A stretch of 64,000 bases of DNA from Candidatus Poribacteria bacterium (GTDB lineage: Bacteria > Poribacteria > WGA-4E > WGA-3G): positions 192,001 through 256,000 of the forward strand of contig CBDBFU010000028.1 in NCBI GenBank assembly GCA_965205025.1. Direction: 5' to 3'. Shown piece after piece: positions 36,416-46,962 of this stretch. The notes under the pieces were generated by a model. It was not told the origin of the DNA, ran no database searches, and saw only the letters and a program-made list of their open reading frames with translations. Positions within the stretch are counted from its first letter, which is position 1, and every line of letters begins with the position of its first letter. The translations under genes were made by a program, and so were the position numbers.

Positions 36416-37449
36416 TATAATTCCTCCACCTTAATAAATCTTCCTGTATTACGACTTTGTATTGCAGCATCAATGAGGCTTAGGGTGTGAAAAGCATCAG
36501 AAAAAGATGAACGGATTAGTGTTTCATCACCTGTTTCAATTGCACGAATCCATGCCCCAGTTTTGTCTAAACCGATACTATTTTGTGATATAGCAGGTTC
36601 ATCTATTTTCTCACCATTAAGATAACCCCGAATGGCGTTATTTGCCATGGTAGCTTGTAGTCGTAAATGTGGTCCTAGTACCTCAACATCAAAACAGAAA
36701 CCTTCTGTACCACAATGATTCATATGTGTTCCGAATACACCGTTATCCATCTCGTAAGTCATCTGTATAGCATTTTCAGCATCAAATTCATCTCGTTCTA
36801 ATGCCATATTCTTTATTGCAAGAGCGTGTGCTTGTATAGGTTTTGGATCTCCTAATACATAACGGGCACAATCTAAAACATGAATTGCTTGTTCGGCTAA
36901 TGGACCACCGCTAATCTCTGACTGCAAAAACCATGGAGGCATTTGAAAATCAAGATAGTAGTTTATTGTACAAACAGTTCTCACAAGATGAATTGTTTCT
37001 GAAGCAATTATGCTCTTGAGTCGTTCATACAGTGGGTGATACCGTAGTTGAAATCCTACAGCTGCAATGCTATTTGATTTCTCAATACATTCAAGGCATT
37101 TCCTTCCTTCAGACACATCATACGCAGGAGGTTTCTCAACCAATATGGGTATATCCCGTTCACAAGCCATCTGGATCGGTGTTAAACGTACGGGGGGTGG
37201 TGTTGTTATCACCACCCCGTCTAATTCTATATCAAAAAATTCATCTAACGAATCTGTTATTACCTTAGACTTCGCTTCTGTTCCAAGGTCTTGTGCAGCC
37301 TTAAGATGAACATCGTGAACAGCAACAACATGTGCACCATAACTGGTGATTGCATTGTAGTGATGTCTTCCCATCCTACCCGCACCAATGATACCTATTG
37401 CTGCGGAGTCATTGTTGATAGTTGCATCCGTAGATGAATTCTTATTCAT
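36415..37449 (-). CDS. Gfo/Idh/MocA family oxidoreductase
   Basis: IGAGRMG, EKP, GFQLRY, SGGPLAEQAIHVLD. Confidence 0.88.
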   Translation of the reverse strand: MNKNSSTDATINNDSAAIGIIGAGRMGRHHYNAITSYGAHVVAVHDVHLKAAQDLGTEAKSKVITDSLDEFFDIELDGVVITTPPPVRLTPIQMACERDIPILVEKPPAYDVSEGRKCLECIEKSNSIAAVGFQLRYHPLYERLKSIIASETIHLVRTVCTINYYLDFQMPPWFLQSEISGGPLAEQAIHVLDCARYVLGDPKPIQAHALAIKNMALERDEFDAENAIQMTYEMDNGVFGTHMNHCGTEGFCFDVEVLGPHLRLQATMANNAIRGYLNGEKIDEPAISQNSIGLDKTGAWIRAIETGDETLIRSSFSDAFHTLSLIDAAIQSRNTGRFIKVEEL

Positions 37450-38171
37450 TACTTACGCTTTAGGTTGCCCCATGTTACTGCGGCTTTACCTTTTGGTTCA
37501 ACAGGTGTTGGATTAAAATCTGGTGTTACAACAATTACATTGTCAAATTGAGCGTGTTCACCTGATCTGTCACCTCCACTCATGCGGAAGCCAATTTTAC
37601 CTTTTGGATGTGCATTCTGTGAATCAGTCCATTCACTCACAAGCTCAAGTTCATCAACACTTCCACCAACGGGTCCGATGTAGGCTTTGAATTCGTGTCC
37701 AGAACGAATTTCAAATTTGATACGGTACCAAACATTTGCATCACGGTCAACGTCGTCTTGGAATCCAAGAGCATCAACTGCCCAACCGCCATTGACTCTA
37801 CGGTGCCAGCGGATATGTTGAGGAGTATGACCTGATGCTCCTGTGGATACTTGGTGCATATAAATGTTGTTACCATCAGTTCCGTTGAATACAAAACCTG
37901 CTAAACCTCCATCCATTGCTTTAAAATCTGCGTAATAATCATAATCAGATGGAAAATCGGTTACACTTAGACCAACTCCACCACCCCAAACATCAATGAC
38001 GTGGTTACCCAATACAGCATGACCATCACCATTATCTTGAATCAGCCAACTTCCTTGAGCAGCCCATTTTGAATCGTCAATGTTTCCGCTTTCAAAATCA
38101 TCTTGAAATAGAATCTCAGCAGAAACGGTTCCAACAAATAAAATCATAACTAAACACATGAAATACTTCAT
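37449..38171 (-). CDS. Secreted DUF1080 / 3-ketoglycoside hydrolase-like beta-sandwich protein with a C-terminal WG-K motif
   Basis: Signal peptide, FQDDFE, WYRIKFE, KGKIGFR, AQFDNVIV; ends VEPKGKAAVTWGNLKRK. Confidence 0.6.
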   Translation of the reverse strand: MKYFMCLVMILFVGTVSAEILFQDDFESGNIDDSKWAAQGSWLIQDNGDGHAVLGNHVIDVWGGGVGLSVTDFPSDYDYYADFKAMDGGLAGFVFNGTDGNNIYMHQVSTGASGHTPQHIRWHRRVNGGWAVDALGFQDDVDRDANVWYRIKFEIRSGHEFKAYIGPVGGSVDELELVSEWTDSQNAHPKGKIGFRMSGGDRSGEHAQFDNVIVVTPDFNPTPVEPKGKAAVTWGNLKRK

Positions 38172-38352
38172 TACTATGTATTCTCCTTTTAAGAAATGAC
38201 AATCAGTTAAATATACGAATTTGATTACAGAGTATATTCAATAATATTGATAAGTGATTAATTTTATCCTTGCAGATTATAGCATAAATAGGACTTTTAA
38301 TTAACTTTTATAGAATCAATATGAAAATATTAATTTAAACCAGTTTTTACGT

Positions 38353-39084
38353 TTAATGGTCTTTCAAACCACCCCAAGTCACAGCAAGTTTATCTTTAGG
38401 TTCAACTGAAAAGATATCAAATCCAGGTGTGGAAACGACAATATTATCATATTGTGCGTGCTCTCCGGCACGATTACCACCACTCATCCTAAACCCAATT
38501 TTACCTTTGTCAAAGGCTTTGTTGGTATCTGTCCATTCGCTGACAAGAGTAAGCTCATTTAGTTCTGCACCAACCTCACCGATAAATGCTTTAAAGTTAT
38601 GACTGTTACGTATTTCAAATTTAACTCGATACCAAACATCCCTTTCACGATTCTTTTTATCCTCAAATGGTTTGGCATCTACTGCCCAACCGCCACCAAC
38701 TCTTCTGTGCCATCTGATATGTTGAGGTGTGTGTCCTGACCCAGCTGTGGAGACCTGATGCATGTATATGTTATTTCCATCTTGTCCATGGAAAACAAAT
38801 CCTGTCAGACCACCATCCATTGTTTTGAAATCTGCGTAATAGTCCAACTCCGCAGGAAAATCTTCTGTACTAAGACCAACACCGCCACCCCAAACATCAA
38901 GGACCTTCTTACCAAGAACATCATGCTCATCATTATTGTTCTCGATTAACCAACTACCTTGTGCTGTCCATTTGGCTTTGTCTATTTTCCCACTCTCAAA
39001 ATCGTCTTGAAATAGAATCTCAGAATAACTTGTGCTGACACATAATATGAGTGCCAGCAATATTACATACCGCATTATTATCAC
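38353..39084 (-). CDS. Secreted paralog of 37449-38171 with a C-terminal WG-K motif
   Basis: Near-identical blocks (DVWGGGVGLS, GNNIYMHQVST, GHTPQHIRWHRRV); ends VEPKDKLAVTWGGLKDH. Confidence 0.6.
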   Translation of the reverse strand: MIIMRYVILLALILCVSTSYSEILFQDDFESGKIDKAKWTAQGSWLIENNNDEHDVLGKKVLDVWGGGVGLSTEDFPAELDYYADFKTMDGGLTGFVFHGQDGNNIYMHQVSTAGSGHTPQHIRWHRRVGGGWAVDAKPFEDKKNRERDVWYRVKFEIRNSHNFKAFIGEVGAELNELTLVSEWTDTNKAFDKGKIGFRMSGGNRAGEHAQYDNIVVSTPGFDIFSVEPKDKLAVTWGGLKDH

Positions 39085-39101
39085 CTCATTATAAAGTTTG
39101 A

Positions 39102-39818
39102 TTAGTATTTATTTGTTTTTATATGTCCCCAAACAGTTGTCATTTTAGCTGTTGGATCAACTGCCATGGGATCACTACCACCATATATTTCTATTTCATC
39201 AATACGTGTACCAGCATTGGTTCGTATGTGAATACGAACCCATCTTGCTTCCACATCGTCAAAGGTAAATTCTGTGGTTTTGCTAATGTTATCTCCTTTG
39301 TGTGTATACACCTTTTTCCATGTGCCAGCTTCGGAGTTTGGATCTGCCTTCGCTGTAGCAACAAGGATATCAAAGTCCTTTGCCATTCTATCAAGAAATC
39401 CTTGTGAATGATCACTACCAAAATAGATTGTGTTTACATTTGCAACTGCCCCGATATCTATCTGTGCCCATCCAGGTAATGCACCAATAATCCAACTTCG
39501 ACAGTTATTATAAAAACCATCATTAAGATATTCTATGCAGTGGCGTTGAGGACACCAACCATTTAATTGAGAAGATGCTTCTGGTTTGGCATCTTTCAAT
39601 AATGCTAAATTCGGTTGTTTATCCCGAACAGTGGGAACATACTCAGGTCCAGGCTTACCACCGGCTTCACAGGCATCCGTTGCAGCTTTGATATCTTGCT
39701 CTTTGAATTCATAACTACCAAACTTTTCTGGTCCTTTATCCTCATCGTGTACAGCATAGGCAATTGTTACACACATTATTGTTAGAATGACACTCAAATA
39801 ATATAAAGCATGTTTCAT
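39102..39818 (-). CDS. Secreted discoidin / F5-8 type C (CBM32-like) protein with a C-terminal WG-K motif
   Basis: Signal peptide, NLAL...ASS, LNDG, WAQIDIG, ARWVRI...DEIEIYG; ends VDPTAKMTTVWGHIKTNKY. Confidence 0.65.
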   Translation of the reverse strand: MKHALYYLSVILTIMCVTIAYAVHDEDKGPEKFGSYEFKEQDIKAATDACEAGGKPGPEYVPTVRDKQPNLALLKDAKPEASSQLNGWCPQRHCIEYLNDGFYNNCRSWIIGALPGWAQIDIGAVANVNTIYFGSDHSQGFLDRMAKDFDILVATAKADPNSEAGTWKKVYTHKGDNISKTTEFTFDDVEARWVRIHIRTNAGTRIDEIEIYGGSDPMAVDPTAKMTTVWGHIKTNKY

Positions 39819-39928
39819 TTTAGAATCCTCCTAATAGAAGATATGTAATGGTCTGATTCAATTTAGAGTTACCAGATATATATTTATTGTGGAATGATTA
39901 ACCACATTCTTGTTAAATATGGTTAATT

Positions 39929-41008
39929 TTACTCAACTCGGGGTTGTCTTGCTGACGGATTTCTATCTAAACGTATTTTTGAATTCTCAAGTGGTAATGG
40001 GATTCTGGCACCGTTATTAAGGTGTGATTCAATTATACCGAAGATCAGTTCTGTGCTGGCGTATGCGCATCGAACGCCTCCTCGTGTAGGTTCACCTGTA
40101 TCTAAGGAGTGAACGAGATCTTTAATCAAGTTTGCTGTACTACTTTCTCGGGCAAATTCAGGGAACGTGTCTGGTACATTACATCCACGCCAACCGGGGA
40201 CATCTTGCTGCTTACGTACATGCCACTGCCACCCATTGTTCCAACAGGTTACTGTACCACCATCGCAAATTGCCTCCCATTCACTACCACGAGGAGTAAG
40301 TAATGCATGTGCAGTTACATCGTTCTCAAATTGAATTGTTCCACCACCAGTTGGGTCAACTTGGAGTATATCACCGTCAAAAATCGAATTGCCTTGAGGG
40401 AGATAACCTGTAACCCAAGTTGCAGATACATCACTATTCAATCTTAAGATAAGATCAAGATGATGACTTGCAGAGTTGAATAGTGTACCATTTGAATAGA
40501 TAATAAGAGTACGCAGCTTCCCCAATTCACCACTATCAATGATCTCTTTCATCTTATCAAAACCATTTTCCCAACGTCTATTGGTGCCAAGATTGAAAGC
40601 TACGTTATTCTGTTCAACAGCAGAAACCATTGCTGCAGCTTCATCCATTGAGGATGCCATAGCTTTTTCTGCATAAATTGCTTTTGCACCATGTTCTGCC
40701 ACATATATGACAATTTCCGCTCGATGTTCTGGCTGTGTAGCAACACTGACAATATCCGGGTTTTCTTTCTCAATCATCTCACGATAATCGGTATACTGAT
40801 TTGCCTTTGGCACATTATATCTTTCGCCAAAATATTCCATTACCTCAGGGCGTAAGTCTGAACAGGCAATCAGATCAGTGCGTTCTTCAGCAAAATAGCC
40901 TGCTGCATGAGAATATGGCAATTTAATCGCTTGATAATCCGGAACTTCATTATCTATGAATGCTCCCATTCTACTACAACCAATAACGGCAGCACGATAC
41001 GTTTTCAT
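39929..41008 (-). CDS. Gfo/Idh/MocA family oxidoreductase
   Basis: VIGCSRMG, PDIVSVAT, AEKAMA; AGGAG RBS before ATG 41008. Confidence 0.85.
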   Translation of the reverse strand: MKTYRAAVIGCSRMGAFIDNEVPDYQAIKLPYSHAAGYFAEERTDLIACSDLRPEVMEYFGERYNVPKANQYTDYREMIEKENPDIVSVATQPEHRAEIVIYVAEHGAKAIYAEKAMASSMDEAAAMVSAVEQNNVAFNLGTNRRWENGFDKMKEIIDSGELGKLRTLIIYSNGTLFNSASHHLDLILRLNSDVSATWVTGYLPQGNSIFDGDILQVDPTGGGTIQFENDVTAHALLTPRGSEWEAICDGGTVTCWNNGWQWHVRKQQDVPGWRGCNVPDTFPEFARESSTANLIKDLVHSLDTGEPTRGGVRCAYASTELIFGIIESHLNNGARIPLPLENSKIRLDRNPSARQPRVE

Positions 41009-41133
41009 AACTTTTCTCCTTAATGCTATTAACAAACGAGAGTGTAATTAATTGTTAAAATCTCAGTATGAAATAACCAATTTTGGTATCGGTGTAATTC
41101 CTAAGTGTATCGGTTATCAATACAGAAATTACG

Positions 41134-41158
41134 GTTCGGTTAGGAAACCGAACCTACC
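41134..41158 (-). repeat. GTAG-type REP (same family as the IS4 flanks)
   Basis: GTTCGGTTAGGAAACCGAACCTACC, with a compensatory change relative to GTGCGGTTAGGAAACCGCACCTACC. Confidence 0.75.
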
Positions 41159-41271
41159 AGCACTGTGGAATGTTATATTGATGCTTATGCTCCATTTCCT
41201 AACCGTCATGATTTAGAAATAGAAATAACAGGGTAAATGCCATATTTCTCTTATAGTGAACTTATAAAAAA

Positions 41272-42264
41272 TTAGGATTCAACGAAATACTTGTTTGCAA
41301 CCTTAGTTGCGAAATTCTTACCCATAACTCTATATCCCTCTGCATCAGGATGTACATCATCAGGCAATAGTTCTATATATTCTGAACCGAAAATATCTAA
41401 ACCGCTAACATAGTGAATATTCTCGTCACCATGCGAGACAAGTGCTTCCGCAGCAAATTGGACTTCTTCTCTCATTATCTGTAGATTAAAACCAACAGAA
41501 TTCTTGTTTTCTTCTCTATTGGTTGCAAAAATAGGAGACATCAGGACAATTGGTATATCTGTATGTTTTTCACGGATAATCTCAACTGCACCAATGATAG
41601 CAGGACGGAAAGCACGAGGTCCTAAACTGGATGCTCCGAGAATATTTATACCAAGACACATAGAAATATAGTTTGCTGGTAAATCCCGTATCATTCTGAT
41701 TATCATTGGGTCGAGATGGCACTGTCCACCATACCCCAAACATGTAAGGTTGAAATTACACTCACGTGCTACAACTGCAGGCCAGGTCTGCGTGGGTGAT
41801 GCTGCGGCTCTACACTGGGTAATAGAACTACCATAAGTTACCCAACGAGGACGTTTATCAAGAAACGGATCTAACGATGCACCATCATCAATATCTAAAT
41901 GTTTCAATTGAAATCTACCGTATTGAGGTAACCATAATTCTATTAACTTATCCTGATCAGATAAGTTATCAAATTTAAAATGATTTTCTCCTTTTAGGTC
42001 ATAGGATGAAATAAATTCTCCGTCACAACATAAATCTATCATTCCAGTGTCACCTTGTTCAATGATGCTGCCTGAAATATGTGTAGTATTACTTCGTAAG
42101 CTAATTCTTACACCAGCAGGCATTGCAGAACGTTCCAATAAAGGCTTTGGAAAAAGGACATGTTCTTCGTGAGGAGTTCTCCACGGCATCAGCGAATTGT
42201 CTACCCTCTCAATAGAGACAACTCCCTGCCAATTTACATGTGGTGCATCAGGTTTCACCTGCAT
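41272..42264 (-). CDS. SGNH/GDSL hydrolase
   Basis: YGSSITQ, LGYGG, LGIN, DDVHPDAEGY. Confidence 0.85.
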   Translation of the reverse strand: MQVKPDAPHVNWQGVVSIERVDNSLMPWRTPHEEHVLFPKPLLERSAMPAGVRISLRSNTTHISGSIIEQGDTGMIDLCCDGEFISSYDLKGENHFKFDNLSDQDKLIELWLPQYGRFQLKHLDIDDGASLDPFLDKRPRWVTYGSSITQCRAAASPTQTWPAVVARECNFNLTCLGYGGQCHLDPMIIRMIRDLPANYISMCLGINILGASSLGPRAFRPAIIGAVEIIREKHTDIPIVLMSPIFATNREENKNSVGFNLQIMREEVQFAAEALVSHGDENIHYVSGLDIFGSEYIELLPDDVHPDAEGYRVMGKNFATKVANKYFVES

Positions 42265-42295
42265 TATGTATGTTCTCCTTTATGTTTTGTGTTAA

Positions 42296-43108
42296 CTACA
42301 GATTATCAACAACTGCTCGTAGTTGACGAATACCATCTAACATCTGTTCTGGATTTCCCCAATGTTCAATACTTGCTGCCCCAGTAAATCCATCATCTAT
42401 CAGTGTTTTCAACAACTGTTCGTATGTCAAGTTTGTGTCACGAATTGGATCCAAGTTCTTCTCACGATTTGGTTTCACATGAACATGTCTAACGAGACCT
42501 TTAATGAATGAATAACCATCCGGTAAAGGGTTTTCTCCGCAATGTATGCCGTTATTCACATCCCAACATGATGTAAGAGCAGGACTATTGCCAAGTGCAT
42601 CAATAACTGTACGTGTTTCCTCACATGTACCGGCGAGTGTGGCATCTTCATTCTCGAATGAAAGCGTTACATTTGCACTTTCAGCTTTTGGAACCACAGG
42701 TGAGAGCTTTTCTACAATCAGATCAATATAGTCGTTTATATCTGGTCTTGAAGTTTCTTTCATTTTGCGATTAGGATTCCAGAATGCAAATCCTCGGATA
42801 ATCTGTGTATCAAATTCATGTGCTAATTCGACCATTCTATCGAAATGCTGCAGGTGCTTTTCATATTCTTCAGGATTATCAATAGAACATTTCCCAAAGG
42901 GTGAACCTATACTCGCAACACGGACATTGTATTCATTTAATACGTCTTGAGCACGTTTTACATCATCATCGTCGATTTCGGTTACATGTTTACCCCAAAC
43001 ACCTCCACGGACTTCAACAGTGTTGGCACCAGCTTCGACACCAAGTTTAATGGCTTCCTCGAAATCATCCCTGGAAACTTCATCAGCGAAAAAACAAACG
43101 TCTATCAT
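42296..43108 (-). CDS. Sugar phosphate isomerase/epimerase (xylose-isomerase-like TIM barrel)
   Basis: FADEV, IGSPFGK, FENE, WDVNN, HVHVK, SIEH. Confidence 0.82.
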   Translation of the reverse strand: MIDVCFFADEVSRDDFEEAIKLGVEAGANTVEVRGGVWGKHVTEIDDDDVKRAQDVLNEYNVRVASIGSPFGKCSIDNPEEYEKHLQHFDRMVELAHEFDTQIIRGFAFWNPNRKMKETSRPDINDYIDLIVEKLSPVVPKAESANVTLSFENEDATLAGTCEETRTVIDALGNSPALTSCWDVNNGIHCGENPLPDGYSFIKGLVRHVHVKPNREKNLDPIRDTNLTYEQLLKTLIDDGFTGAASIEHWGNPEQMLDGIRQLRAVVDNL

Positions 43109-43216
43109 TTTTACATTTCTGCGGGTTCCCATTAATTTCATCTATGTTAGTGATATTCGAAACGGTGTTTACATGGAATGAAACTATTGGGAATGCAGAC
43201 TCCTTTCTAAAACTAT

Positions 43217-43498
43217 CTAATATACAAATAGAAGAACTAAACTTATTACTGCCAAGATTAAAGCTGAAATGGAAAAATCGTCTGATTTCCCGATGAGTCC
43301 AAATATACCTGAGGTAATGATGTAAAGACTTGTAAGAAATATAATTAGAAAAGATATATCAAGACTGCTACGTTTATGATATAGTAAATAAATCTCTATT
43401 GCAGCAATAAATAATCCTAACCCTATCAAAATAACATTAGTTCCACGAAGTATCCATTTTCCACTTGACTTAATGGTAATTGGTTTCTTATAAAATAT
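43217..43498 (-). CDS. Small membrane protein (3 TM), apparent ATA start
   Basis: The frame extends upstream of the tracked TTG start to ATA codons 4 and 7 nt after AGGAG. Confidence 0.5.
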   Translation of the reverse strand: MFYKKPITIKSSGKWILRGTNVILIGLGLFIAAIEIYLLYHKRSSLDISFLIIFLTSLYIITSGIFGLIGKSDDFSISALILAVISLVLLFVY

Positions 43499-43519
43499 TA
43501 TATTACTCCTATTAAAATT

Positions 43520-45196
43520 TTAAAATTGCTGAATAAGTGGAATTAGTTTAGACATAACCTCAAGTGGTGTGTCTTTATCAGAGAGAATTGATCTAAAGAC
43601 CGCTTCATTATCTTTGACAACAATCCATGCCAGAACTCGGGATGTTTCTTCAACTTCTTTAACGTCATCTTGTAATTGCAGAGGATTTTCAACCATTTCT
43701 AATAAACTTAGTAAATCAAAGTGCAATACTACGAGTGGGTTTTTTGGGATTCCTTTAAGATATGTTAATTTCTTTTTATTTTCAATTCTATCAAGAATAG
43801 ATAAAATCTGGTTCTCAGAAAAGCTTAATATCGATACACTATCTTTTTTGGCAAAATGTATGTTTGATGCAAACCTTGATACCTTGGTACCATTATATTC
43901 GGTTTTTGAGACTGAGATATTTTGTAAGTTAGAAAGACTGTTTTGTATTTGATTCCATTTGTTTAAATTACTGGGTATATAGATTAAACCACCATTAGTT
44001 TCGACATTTGATGCATCTATTGTAAAGGAGTTTACTGACTCCAATTCCAGACTCTCAATTGAACTTGGTTCAAATTCTTGGAAATCATCTACGGAAATAG
44101 CATATTCTCCTGTAAGTCCAGAAATAATATCGTTGTTTAGATCAAGGTTCAATAATCCCTCAATGTAAGTAATAAAGTCATAGGTGTCTTGATTAGCATT
44201 ATTTTCAATCTCATTTTCTAAAATCTGCCAAAGCGTCTTTACTATACTGGGTGAAACTGCAATAAACAGGTCTTCATCACCTGATATTCTGTTTATGGAT
44301 TCTAATTCTGTACCTTCTGTCAGAAACTTAGAAATATAGTTATCGGGTAAATTTGGGTTAAATTCAGTGTGAAGTTGTATGAGTCGGTGTCCTTCAAGAA
44401 GATTTAGATTTACAAAAAGTGTATTAAATGTGTTAAGTTGTTCTTGCAGATCTTCAGACAACTCACCTATATTAGGTAGTACTTCAGGGGTATACATAAA
44501 TATAGAAAACTGCCCATCACCATATTTCTTTTCTGCTTTTGTATATGCGTTATTTTTCTTTATTGATGGTCTCTTCTTGCGGTAGGTATCAATGAGTGTC
44601 TCAATACTATTCTCTCCAATACCAACAACAAGAAACTCACTTACAAATCCAAATGTGATGAATATTTCGGGGAACTGTAGCGAACCATATTTTACTTTAT
44701 CATGTTCTCCAGCATTGAGTGTGAATGTTGCTCCAGATGTTCCCATCATACCAGTTACAATTTTTGTCATTTTCTGAAGGGTAGTAAGATTCCCCCCACT
44801 ATGAATAACTATACCACCTTTTATTTCTTCTGGATTTAAATCCCAGAACGTTATTCCAGAACGGTAACCTATAGTATCAATAATTGTTGCTGGATCCGTC
44901 ATTAACAATGTCTGAATAAATAAAATAAGTTCTTGCAAGTCCTGTAAATCATCTTCAGGAATTAGATTATTAATGGCATTGTCCCAACTTTCTGATATCT
45001 GAATTTCTGTATATATTTCATCAATATCCTTGAGTTGTAGGTAAAGTATACTATCTATAGGCATGAAATCTGTTATCTGGGCTGCATCAACAGTAATATT
45101 TGTAAAGAGAATGGTTAAAATTACCAGAACAATAAAAATACCGAAATGAGAACTGGGTAAATTAGCAAATAATTGACTTTTATTTATATTTTTCAT
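43520..45196 (-). CDS. Exported hypothetical protein, DUF3352-like
   Basis: N-terminal TM/signal segment, FMPIDSILYL, DIISGLTGEYAI. Confidence 0.5.
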   Translation of the reverse strand: MKNINKSQLFANLPSSHFGIFIVLVILTILFTNITVDAAQITDFMPIDSILYLQLKDIDEIYTEIQISESWDNAINNLIPEDDLQDLQELILFIQTLLMTDPATIIDTIGYRSGITFWDLNPEEIKGGIVIHSGGNLTTLQKMTKIVTGMMGTSGATFTLNAGEHDKVKYGSLQFPEIFITFGFVSEFLVVGIGENSIETLIDTYRKKRPSIKKNNAYTKAEKKYGDGQFSIFMYTPEVLPNIGELSEDLQEQLNTFNTLFVNLNLLEGHRLIQLHTEFNPNLPDNYISKFLTEGTELESINRISGDEDLFIAVSPSIVKTLWQILENEIENNANQDTYDFITYIEGLLNLDLNNDIISGLTGEYAISVDDFQEFEPSSIESLELESVNSFTIDASNVETNGGLIYIPSNLNKWNQIQNSLSNLQNISVSKTEYNGTKVSRFASNIHFAKKDSVSILSFSENQILSILDRIENKKKLTYLKGIPKNPLVVLHFDLLSLLEMVENPLQLQDDVKEVEETSRVLAWIVVKDNEAVFRSILSDKDTPLEVMSKLIPLIQQF

Positions 45197-45244
45197 TTTA
45201 TATTTTATTCTTTGTTATGTTCTAACATCTAATTTGGTGATTTT

Positions 45245-46960
45245 CTAAGGAACACGTATGTCTTCAACTAAGGCTTGAACTTCATCGGGTGGTGGTGGCG
45301 TAAATCCAGAAACTATGAATGCTGTAATGAAGTTCAGGACCATGCCAAGTGTACCAATACCTTCAGGAGATATTCCAAATAACCATTTATCGGATATATT
45401 CATACTATCAGGTAGGTAAAGAGGTAGTATAAATTTGAAATAGATGATGTAAGCTGCAGTAAATGTTATTCCTACAATCATACCGCTAATTGCCCCTGCT
45501 TTGTTCATACGTTTTGAGAATATCCCTAACACAATTGCTGGAAAAAATGAACTTGCAGCAAGACCAAATGCAAAAGCAACGACCTCCCCTACAAAACCGG
45601 GTGGATCAATTCCAAAATAACCAGCAATACAGACGGCTACACCGGATGCAATACGAGCTGCGGCCAATTCCTGTTTCTCTGATAGACTCGGTATTACACA
45701 TCCTTTTAGTAAGTCATGAGCGATAGCAGTTGATATAACTAATAATAATCCTGCGGCGGTTGAAAGTGCTGCAGCCAAACCACCTGCAGCAACTAACCCT
45801 ACAATCCAATTCGGCAGTTTCGCTATTTCAGGATTTGCCAATACCATGATGTCTCTATCAATTTCTAATTCATTCTCTATATCAGATTCTTCTCCCCTAT
45901 ATTGTATGGTACCATCGTTATTATGGTCAGTGAACTTAATTAAATCAGTTTTTTCCCAATTCTTAAACCATTCTGGTACATCATCATATTTAACATCTAC
46001 TAATTGCCCATTTTCTTGTTCTGTGGTTACTGTCTTTAGTAAGTTTGTTCTTGCGAAAATTGCGACTGCAGGCGCAGTTGTGTAGAGAAGAGCAATAAAT
46101 AGAAGTGCCCAACCTGCAGAAATACGTGCTTCAGATGCTTTACGAACAGTATAGAAACGTATAATTACATGAGGGAGTCCTGCTGTACCTAACATCAAAG
46201 CAGCAGTAAAGCAAATTACATCTATCTTGGATTTACTTCCATCTGTATACTTATCAAACCCAAGTGCTTCATTCAATCCGTTAAGCCTATCCAACAAGTA
46301 CATGCCAGATCCATCATTCACTTTTGCCCCTAACCCCAGGTGTGGAATAGGATTATCAGTAATCAGAATTGAGATGAAAATAGCAGGTACCATGAAGGCA
46401 AAAATGAGGACACAATATTGGGCAACCTGTGTGTATGTAATGCCTTTCATTCCGCCAAGCACAGCATAGAAGAATACGATCCCCATACCGATGATAACAC
46501 CAATCGTTATATCTACATTAAGGAATCGCGAAAAGACGATGCCTACACCTCGCATCTGTCCGGATACATACGTGAAGGAGACAAAGACTGCACAGATAAC
46601 AGCAACTATACGTGCTACTTGGGAATAGTATCGATCCCCTACGAAATCTGGAACTGTATATTTACCAAATTTCCTTAGGTACGGTGCTAATAGTAATGCT
46701 AATAGGACATATCCTCCTGTCCATCCGAGAAGATATACAGAACCATCTCGACCCATAAAGGAGATGAGTCCAGCCATCGAAATAAAGGATGCAGCACTCA
46801 TCCAATCTGCAGCTGTAGCAAGACCATTTACAACAGGATTTACATTACTACCAGCGACATAAAAATCTCCTGTTGAACGCGCACGAGACCAAATTGCTAC
46901 ACCAATATATATGGCGAATGAGAGTCCAACCATTACAAATGTCCAAGCTTGTACATTCAT
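45245..46960 (-). CDS. Sodium:solute (cation/acetate, ActP-like) symporter
   Basis: NGLATAADWMSAASF, GTAGLPHVIIRFYTV, AAALSTAAGLL. Confidence 0.9.
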   Translation of the reverse strand: MNVQAWTFVMVGLSFAIYIGVAIWSRARSTGDFYVAGSNVNPVVNGLATAADWMSAASFISMAGLISFMGRDGSVYLLGWTGGYVLLALLLAPYLRKFGKYTVPDFVGDRYYSQVARIVAVICAVFVSFTYVSGQMRGVGIVFSRFLNVDITIGVIIGMGIVFFYAVLGGMKGITYTQVAQYCVLIFAFMVPAIFISILITDNPIPHLGLGAKVNDGSGMYLLDRLNGLNEALGFDKYTDGSKSKIDVICFTAALMLGTAGLPHVIIRFYTVRKASEARISAGWALLFIALLYTTAPAVAIFARTNLLKTVTTEQENGQLVDVKYDDVPEWFKNWEKTDLIKFTDHNNDGTIQYRGEESDIENELEIDRDIMVLANPEIAKLPNWIVGLVAAGGLAAALSTAAGLLLVISTAIAHDLLKGCVIPSLSEKQELAAARIASGVAVCIAGYFGIDPPGFVGEVVAFAFGLAASSFFPAIVLGIFSKRMNKAGAISGMIVGITFTAAYIIYFKFILPLYLPDSMNISDKWLFGISPEGIGTLGMVLNFITAFIVSGFTPPPPDEVQALVEDIRVP

Positions 46961-46962
46961 AA

